From Eledone cirrhosa (taxonomy: Eukaryota), in contig CAXHJY010000401.1 in the NCBI GenBank assembly GCA_964016885.1, forward strand, positions 62,001 to 126,000: a DNA stretch of 64,000 bases. Direction: 5' to 3'. Of the stretch, positions 55,572 through 64,000 are shown in pieces; within the stretch, counting starts at the first letter, position 1, and each line of letters starts with the position of its first letter. Below the pieces are notes generated by a model. It ran no database searches. It was given only the letters and a program-made list of their open reading frames with translations, and was not told where the DNA came from. A program made the translations under genes and the position numbers.

Positions 55572-56620
55572 TGTGTGTGTATGTGTGTGTTGTATGTGTG
55601 TCGTGTGTGTGTGTGCGCGTGTACATGTGTGTGTATGAGTGTGTTGTATGTGTGTGTGTGTGCGTGTACATGTGTGTATGAGTGTGTTGTGTGTGTGTGT
55701 GTGTGCGTGTACATGTGTCTATGAGTGTGTTGTGTGTGTGTGTGTGTGCGTGTACATGTGTGTATGAGTGTGTTGTGTGTGTGTGTGTGTGCGTGTACAT
55801 GTGTGTATGAGTGTGTTGTGTGTGTGTGTGTGTGCGTGTACATGTGTGTATGAGTGTGTTGTATGTGTGTGTGTGTGCGTGTACATGTGTGTATGAGTGT
55901 GTTGTGTGTGTGTGTGTGCGTGTACATGTGTGTGTATGAGTGTGTTGTGTGTGTGTGTGTGCGTGTACATGTGTGTATGAGTGTGTTGTGTGTGTGTGTG
56001 TGCGTGTACATGTGTGTATGAGTGTGTTGTGTGTGTGTGTGTGCGTGTACATGTGTGTATGAGTGTGTTGTGTGTGTGTGTGTGCGTGTACATGTGTGTA
56101 TGAGTGTGTTGTGTGTGTGTGTGTGCGTGTACATGTGTGTGTATGAGTGTGTTGTGTGTGTGTGTGTGCGTGTACATGTGTGTATGAGTGTGTTGTGTGT
56201 GTGTGTGTGCGTGTACATGTGTGTATGAGTGTGTTGTGTGTGTGTGTGTGCGTGTACATGTGTGTATGAGTGTGTTGTGTGTGTGTGTGTGCGTGTACAT
56301 GTGTGTGTATGAGTGTGTTGTGTGTGTGTGTGTGCGTGTACATGTGTGTATGAGTGTGTTGTGTGTGTGTGTGTGCGTGTACATGTGTGTATGAGTGTGT
56401 TGTGTGTGTGTGTGTGCGTGTACATGTGTGTATGAGTGTGTTGTGTGTGTGTGTGTGCGTGTACATGTGTGTATGAGTGTGTTGTGTGTGTGTGTGTGCG
56501 TGTACATGTGTGTGTATGAGTGTGTTGTGTGTGTGTGTGTGCGTGTACATGTGTGTATGAGTGTGTTGTGTGTGTGTGTGTGCGTGTACATGTGTGTGTA
56601 TGAGTGTGTTGTGTGTGTGT
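55572..56620. repeat. ~41-43-bp (TG)-based minisatellite
   Basis: (tg)n-cgtgtaca-tgtgtgtatgagtgtgt units. Confidence 0.93.
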
Positions 56621-56691
56621 AATGAAAAGCAAATACAGACAATTGGGTCTTTTTTTTGTATAGCCAGATTGAATTGGTGTTAGGAATGAAA

Positions 56692-57436
56692 GGTGGTGGT
56701 GGTAGTAGTAGTGGTGGTGGTGGTGGTGGGCGTAGTAGTAGTGGTGGTGGTAGTAGTAGTGGTGGTGGTCGTGGTGGTAATGGTGGTACTAGTGGTGGCG
56801 GTGGTAGTAATGGTAGTGGTAGTAGTGGTAGTAGTAATAGTAGTAGTGGTGGTAGTAGTGGTGGTAGTAGTAGTACTAGTAGTAGTGGTGGTAGTAGTAG
56901 TGGTGGTAGTAGTAGTGGTGGTAGTAGTAGTAGTACTAGTGGTAGTGGTGGTGGTGGTGGTAGTAGTGGTAGTAATAGTAGCAGTGGTAGTGGTAGTAAT
57001 AGTAGCGGTAGTAGTAATAGCAGTAGCAGTGGTAGTAGTAGTACTAGCAGTGGTAGTAGTAATAGCAGTAGCAGTGGTAGTAGTAGTAATAGCAGTGGTA
57101 GCAGTAGTAGTAATAGTAGCAGTAGTAGTGGTGGTAGTAGTAATAGTAGCGGTAGTAGTAATAGCAGTGGTAGTAGTAGTGGTAGTAGTAGTAGCAGTGG
57201 TAGTAGTAGTGGTAGTAGTAATAGCAGTGGTAGTAGTAATAGTAGCGGTAGTAGTAATAGCAGTGGTAGTAGTAGTGGTAGTAGTAGTAGCAGTGGTAGT
57301 AGTAGTGGTAGTAGTAGTAGCAGTGGTAGTAGTAGTGGTAGTAGTAATAGCAGTGGTAGTAGTAATAGTAGCGGTAGTAGTAATAGCAGTAGTAGTAGTA
57401 GTAGCAGTGGTAGTAGTAGTAGTAGTAGTAGTAGTG
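56692..57436. repeat. (AGT/GGT/AAT/AGC)n trinucleotide tract
   Basis: Direct reading. Confidence 0.93.
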
Positions 57437-57571
57437 ATATGAAGTCAAAGTAAAGATATCTCACTTCCAAGATGTCACTAATTAATGTCATACACTAAAT
57501 TATAATTCGATAAATGGAATCCAATAAAATATAATTAAAAAGGAAGGAATAAAACTGGTGTCTGACCCCTT

Positions 57572-57693
57572 CTAGAAGAAGTAGGGGTCAGCAGGGTTGG
57601 TTATTGATACAGGGTTGTAGCTGTTACTATATTGTCTGGAATTGATACCGTATTGAAAGGGAGGGGGGGGGGCTGCTGTCGTCTGTTTCGTCA
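57572..57693 (-). CDS. Candidate terminal coding exon, unknown protein
   Basis: Minus strand tgtcag|TGACGAAA... reads (V)TKQTTAAPPPPFQYGINSRQYSNSYNPVSITNPADPYFF*, followed by U-rich sequence. No homology recognised, and the AG belongs to a repeat unit. Confidence 0.25.
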
Positions 57694-58460
57694 CTGACAT
57701 ACACATATATATACACATATATATATATACACTGACATACACATATATATACACATATATATATATCCACTGACATACACATATATATATACACTGATAT
57801 ACATATATATATATACACTGATATACATATATATATACACATATATATATATATACACTGACATACACATATATATATACACTGATATACATATATATAT
57901 ATACACTGACATACACACATATATATACACTGACATACACATATATATATATATATACACTGACATGCACATATATATATATATATACACTGACATGCAC
58001 ATATATATATATATACACTGACATACACATATATTTATACACTGATATACATATATATATATATACACTGACATACACACATATACACACATATGCACTG
58101 ACATACACACACATATATATATATATACACTGGCATACACATATATATATATATACACTGACATACACATATATATATATATACACTGACATACACATAT
58201 ATATATATATATACACTGACATACACATATATATATATATACACTGACATACATATATATATATATATATATATACTGACATACACATATATATATATAC
58301 ACTGACATACACTGACATACATATATATACACTGACATATATATATATACACTGACACATATATATACACTGACACACACATATATATACACATATATAC
58401 ACTGACATACATATACATACACTGACACATATATAGACAGGGGGACACACTGACACACAT
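57693..58460. repeat. ACTGACATACAC(AT)n minisatellite
   Basis: Direct reading. Confidence 0.92.
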
Positions 58461-58594
58461 AAATATATATACATGGCATATATACACATATATAAATAGA
58501 TACATATATATGGTGATGTCCCAACATGGCCTCATATATATAAATATATATATAAATATATACATATAAATATATACATATAAATATATATATA

Positions 58595-58693
<99 letters not shown>

Positions 58694-59142
58694 GCACTGA
58701 CACACAGCACACACAAATCCAAATGAGAATGTAAAGTCGGTTCAGTAGTAGGTTGATAGATAGAAGGGGTGTAGAGTTTGTTCCGTCACCACCCCCTCAC
58801 GCCGTCACCACCCCATCGACCCCAGCCCTCACCGCTACCCAGGACCCTCTTTTAATTCTGTTCTCTATGATACAGTATTGTACAGACGTGGTTCATTGAT
58901 AAAATAAATACAAACATAGCCAAATATCTGAACATCTGTTATGGAGGCGGTTGATCCTTGTTATCCTATCGTTAAATATATGAGATACACTCATCTCTCT
59001 TAATATAATGTCTTCTCATTTAAACAGAAACCCAACAATTGGGGTGGGGGGTGGGGGTAACGGAAAGTCGACCTTAGTACTTTACTGCTATTTTATTTTA
59101 TCGACTTTATAAGGATAATATACAAAGTTGACCTCGGCGAGA

Positions 59143-59578
59143 TTACCTCGTCCGGTTGCCATTCCAGAGGTGTCTTTCCAGAGATCCTGTCCACCCGGTA
59201 CATACCAGCCAGCCAGCCAAAGAATTCTTACTCTTGTTAAGGCTTTTAAGATTTCGTCCTCTCCAGCGGCCTTACCACATTTGAGCTCTTTATTTGCTCT
59301 TGTGACCTCAGCCTCCCAGAGGTTAGTCATCCCAGTCAGATCCACCCCGTGTACATCAGAAGATGCTTTTGTGACGGGTTTTATTTTAACATATCAGCAA
59401 CGTATTTTCTCCACCTCGCAAGGATACACTTCTCTGAAGAGTGGAGAACCCCAGATTCGTTCCTGGTAGCAGGTGTGGAGAAGGGCTTCTCATTATCAAG
59501 TCAGCGGTTGGTCTGCCAGAACACTTTATTTGCTAATATGATGTCGGATTTCAGCGTAACCTCAAAGTCCTCCCATGT
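59143..59578 (-). mobile_element. RTE-clade LINE internal remnant (pre-RT region)
   Basis: EAEVTRANKELKCGKAAGEDEILKAL...ILWL. Confidence 0.78.
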
Positions 59579-59583
59579 TTTAC

Positions 59584-59781
59584 CCCTTTAGCATTTACAT
59601 TACTCTATATTTACTATTATATTTTCGCAGTAAAGGCTTTATCTCACATAATATTGAATCTATGAGATTTTGATATTATATATTTTGAGAACAATACCTT
59701 AACATCAGTATGAGTGGTCGGTTTGAACAGAAAGAGGTGAGAGAATACTGGCCGGATACGGCCGGTTTAAATGCTAAAGGG
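59584..59781. mobile_element. piggyBac-like MITE (~198 bp)
   Basis: TIRs ccctttagcattta / taaatgctaaaggg, flanked by TTAC (left) and TTAA (right). Confidence 0.72.
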
Positions 59782-59799
59782 TTAAACTTTGGACGCCAT

Positions 59800-59975
59800 T
59801 ATTGAGGGTCGGACGCCATGCTTTGACGCATAGAGTTACGGTCCTTGCCATTCTGAGTTCAAATCCCGCCGAGGTTAACTTTGCCTTTCATCCTTACGGA
59901 GGTCGATAAAATAAAGTACCAGTAATACACTGGGATAATTGCTGGCCTCGTGCCAAAAATAGAAACAATTATTAT
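59800..59975 (+). mobile_element. SINE family A
   Basis: Near-identical to 28520-28690. Confidence 0.87.
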
Positions 59976-60503
59976 TGCTGAACGTAGAGGACTGTAACAA
60001 TTATCTACTTATTGTTGGTCGGACGCTCTAACGATTCTGTCAGTGCTCCTCCCTAAGCTGTCTTAATATAATAACTACATAAAGGAGCTGTAATTGATAC
60101 AGTTTTCTATAGAACTGGCTCCCGGATAAACTAAATAGTAAGACACTGAAACATACAGTTGGTATGGTGGGCCGTTGTTACAACTATACTGAGACAACAC
60201 AACTTGTCTTAATATAATAAGCTATACAATGGTTTGGTAATTTATAGTTTATTGTATAGAGGTGGTTCATTCATAAACTGAATACAATTATACTATTACT
60301 CTCTCTTATGAACACACACACACACACGCACACATATAGAGAATGAGATATACATGCATACACACTTAGAAAAAGACATACACACACAAAACACACAAAA
60401 CACACACAAAGAAAAACCACATACACACACACTCATACACACGAAGAAAAAGACATATACATGCACACAGAAAGAAAAAAAACATATACACACACAATGA
60501 AAA

Positions 60504-60588
<85 letters not shown>

Positions 60589-60752
60589 ACACACAAAGAA
60601 AAAACACATATACACATAGAAAGAAAAGAGAGGGAGAGAGAGAGAAAGTCAAACAAGATGGAGTGTGTATGACGGCGGCACACTGGTAAATGAGGATTTG
60701 TTGTATTATATAGTGGTTTCTATATATATATGTGTATACATTATATATATAT

Positions 60753-60803
<51 letters not shown>

Positions 60804-60937
60804 AAATGAAAGTATAGAAATTATTGTGAGCGTGAAGCCAACAGTATTTTATAATATATTAAGTGACTATAACGTCAAAATGGAAAATAAGGAACTCAAT
60901 ATACTACAGGACTAGAACTCTTTCATTCGGAGGAAAT

Positions 60938-60972
<35 letters not shown>

Positions 60973-60976
<4 letters not shown>

Positions 60977-61152
60977 CGAAGGAAATGTGGTAAGGAACCA
61001 GGTGAACCATAACGCACCAAAGTACTCAATACTTGAGGTAGTAGAGTGGGTAATAGGAACCAGTAAGACCCCGACAGCTGAGCTCAAGCCGTTTCCAGAA
61101 TTAGCCGTCGAAACGGCTTGAGCTCAGCTGTCGGGGTCTTACTGGTTCCTAT
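60973..61152 (-). mobile_element. Family S element with terminal fold-back, nested in a family Q fold-back
   Basis: Perfect arms ataggaaccag...gccgtttc / gaaacggc...ctggttcctat. Q arms lie at 60887-60940 and 61176-61232. Confidence 0.85.
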
Positions 61153-61416
61153 ATATATATATATATATATATGTATCTAGTCCTGTAGTATGTATTGAGT
61201 TCCTTACTGTGATTACATCCGACTGAACCCGTGATAAACATATATATGTGTGTGTGTGTGTGTACACATATATATATATAACTGTGTAAAAATTGTCTCC
61301 TGTGTCTAGTTCATTTTTCAACCTCCATATAAATTTATTTAAATTGTTGGGTTACAACGAGTAAATATTTATAACTGATATAAAAGCACTCAACAAGTAT
61401 TTGGAGTATATTTATT

Positions 61417-61763
61417 ATATTAAATAAATGGAAACTATATTTATAAAACCATATTTATTTCATTATATATATTTCAGGGATATCATATTAAAAATATGTT
61501 ATGCCTTCTTCAGACAAAATACAATATAAACAGTCTTATAAATAGATAGATTTGACATACCTTTCAACTTCAACTTCCATTTAAAAATCAACTTTTTAAA
61601 TGGAAGTTGAAGTTGAAAGGTATGTCAAATCTATCTATTTATAAGACTGTTTATATTGTATTTTGTCTGAAGAAGGCATAACATATTTTTAATATGATAT
61701 CCCTGAAATATATATAATGAAATAAATATGGTTTTATAAATATAGTTTCCATTTATTTAATAT
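61417..61763. repeat. Perfect inverted repeat, 171-bp arms, 5-nt loop (family R)
   Basis: 61417-61587 versus 61593-61763; no mismatch seen by eye. Confidence 0.95.
61659..61724 (+). ncRNA. Type I hammerhead motif, family R (identical mirror copy on - strand, 61456-61521)
   Basis: UAUUUUGU CUGAAGA agg.aua.cauauu-uuu-aauaug.uau.ccu GAAA UAUAUA UA^ AUGAAAUA; cut after 61716. Confidence 0.82.
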
Positions 61764-61769
61764 CGTATA

Positions 61770-61800
<31 letters not shown>

Positions 61801-62349
61801 GTATATCTTTATACATATATATATCTTTATATATATATATATTTCTGTGTTTCTCTCTTTCTCTCTTACTGCTCCCTCGTTCTCTCTGTTTCTCTTACTT
61901 TCTTTCGTCCCCTCTGCCATGTCAGTTAACCCTTTCTCTCTACTGACCTCTTCCTCGCACTCCCACTCACTCAGTCCCTGTTTCTCCCCTTCTTTCTTCC
62001 TCCCGTTCGCTGGGAAAACGGTTTTCATTCTTTCTAACACAGGATTCACTAGCGAAATGTCTGTTGCTGACTCGCTCATATATTCACACAGCTTATGCTG
62101 AAAGAATAACTATGTTGCTTGTGTTTATTTCCATCTTCGGTTAGCTTCCCCCTGTGTTGTTTACTTGTCTCACTCGCTTTACGCGTTTCTACTGTCCTAA
62201 TAACTTATTTTAGTTATTATCGCTCCAACGTGAGGTATATGATTTTTAATGCGATGAAATACCCATGATCGTTTGGTAAATCACTGATGAGGGACTCATT
62301 TTATAACATGTTATCCATGTGCAACCAGCAGTATTCTTCTCACCCATAT

Positions 62350-62391
<42 letters not shown>

Positions 62392-62860
62392 GTATGTATA
62401 TCTTTATACATATATATATCTTTATATATCTATAGATATATATAGATATATGTGTTTTGAGCTCTGCTGATGAACGATTCCAACCGTGACCATCCCTACT
62501 GAAAGTTTCGAGAAATAGTCTTTTTGTAGTTTTTCCAAATTGAAGGATCAGTATTTAGACTTTATTTTATTCTGAGTTAAGGCTCTATTGATTTTTCTCT
62601 GGATTTCACAAAATTCTACGGATAAATCTGTCTTGATTTTTTAAAATTGAGTTTGAATTATTTTCCCACATCTTACGTTAACTATTTTCCCATTTTGACG
62701 TTATAGTCACTTATATATTATGGTTTAATTAGGAATAAGTATAAATTAGTAATAAGTATTAGTTAGTATTCAGTTTTAGTTTTAAGTTTTTACCGGTTGC
62801 GCATTTCTTATGGTTTTCAAAAATAATTTTGAGATAGAGTGCTCGTGATTTTTGGTCTAA

Positions 62861-62901
<41 letters not shown>

Positions 62902-63012
62902 CTCTTTCTCTCTCTTTCTCTCTCTCTCTCTCATTCTCTTACTCTCTCTCTCTCTCTCTTACTCTCTCTCTCTCTCTCTTACTCTCTCTCTCTCTTTATA
63001 TATATATATATA

Positions 63013-63176
63013 TAGGAAAATAACCAGGACCCCGACGGCTGAGCTCCTGCCATTTCGACAGCTAGATCCGAACGCCGGGGTCCTGACCCGTTCCTATTAC
63101 CCACTCTACTACCCAAAGTATCGAGTACTCTGGTGCGTTATGGTCCACCTGGTTCCTTACCACACTTCCTTTGTTA
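63013..63176. mobile_element. Family S fold-back with deletion
   Basis: Inverted head ggaccccgacggctgagc...tttcgacagc followed by the plus-strand S tail. Confidence 0.78.
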
Positions 63177-63185
63177 TATATATAT

Positions 63186-63236
63186 AGTTTCAGAAGATCC
63201 CGTTAAGGGTGAAAGCAGCGATTCTTTGCTTAAACT
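63186..63236 (+). ncRNA. Decayed hammerhead motif, family U (core U4>A)
   Basis: AGUUU CAGAAGA uccc-guuaa-gggu GAAA GCA-gcgauucuu-UGC UU^ AAACU; all three stems pair. Confidence 0.55.
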
Positions 63237-63308
63237 TTAATCTTTTATTTTAATAAATATGTGTGTGTGTGTGTGCAGGTTTATATACACACGGTCTCTC
63301 TCTCTTTC

Positions 63309-63377
<69 letters not shown>

Positions 63378-63507
63378 CTGTGTATGTATAACTTATTAAT
63401 AAAACATTTCAAATGTCATATTGATCATCAATACTTAGCGATTCTTTTCAATTAAACCTTGGTATTTCCACGGGGTCAGCTAGCTATTATTAAATCGGTT
63501 AGGGTCA

Positions 63508-63640
63508 TGGATTGGCAGTAATCGGTAGAGCATCGAACAACATGCTTCGTGGCACAGAGGTACAGCCCTTTACGCCGAGGCTAGTTTTATCTTACGGCGT
63601 CAATAATAAAGTACCAGTAATGTAGTGGGTTTGATTTAAT
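63508..63640 (+). mobile_element. SINE family A, diverged
   Basis: ttggcagtaatcggtagagc...ataaagtaccagtaatgta. Confidence 0.65.
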
Positions 63641-64000
63641 GGTCTTTGCCCCCCCCCCCCCTCTCACTCAACATTGCTGGCCTTGTCCCCCTCACTCAAC
63701 ATTGCTGGCCTTGTCCCTGTATCAGAAACCATTTTTATTATTGCGATTCTGGACATTCCTTTCTTAATGTAACAAAGTCACGTGTGACAACTGACTGGAA
63801 GCCGACCTTTCACCTTTGTCGCTGTGCGCATGCGTGTGAGTGTGTGTGCGCGCGTATGTGTGTGTGTGTGCGCGCGTATGTGTGTTTGTGATTCAGTGAT
63901 TCTTATCGTGTCATTGCATGCGTTATATTAATATATATGTGTGTGTGTGTGTGTATAACATATATATATATAAATACATATATACATATATACATATATA

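Noticed and set aside
56656-57453. 265-aa Gly/Ser-rich ORF (and the poly-Leu/Pro antisense ORF)
   Set aside because: Coextensive with an (AGT/GGT)n microsatellite; no signal peptide, domain or splice context.
60095-60195. 27-32-nt AG...GT micro-exons on the minus strand
   Set aside because: The intervening 26 nt is too short for an intron, and homologous units lack the AG or GT.
61850-62240. Promoter or first exon ending GAG|GTATAT
   Set aside because: Only compositional hints (pyrimidine-rich, some CpG); no supportable motif.
62250-62520. CTGATGA at 62283 and 62467 as hammerheads
   Set aside because: No correctly placed GAAA/UH with pairing stems could be built.

Overview
Eukaryotic, AT-rich, microsatellite-saturated non-coding DNA. 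The SINE families and repeat landscape look like a coleoid cephalopod such as Octopus; this is recognition from memory, not a search. No intact protein-coding gene is supported, and almost every ORF in the track is a reading of (TA)n, (CA)n, (TATG)n or (AGT)n repeats. Recognisable content: many copies of three SINE families, decayed fragments of RTE, L1/Tx1, R4/Dong-like and CR1-like LINEs, a Helitron helicase end, a hAT fragment, a piggyBac-like MITE and several minisatellites, some clearly born from retroelement sequence. The main unexplained signal is a set of 4 to 6 unrelated short repeat families embedded in (TA)n tracts. They carry type I hammerhead ribozyme motifs (CUGAnGA...GAAA...UH) with copy-to-copy compensatory stem changes and usually palindromic stem III loops. 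They often occur as head-to-head fold-back duplications, with perfect arms up to 171 bp. This matches Penelope-like pseudo-LTR or retrozyme-type elements, but no partner reverse transcriptase is visible in the window. A co-oriented, degenerate ~150-bp unit at 22.1, 58.9 and 60.1 kb and a candidate minus-strand terminal exon at 57.6 kb remain unexplained. Family letters (A-C, P-W) are my own labels.
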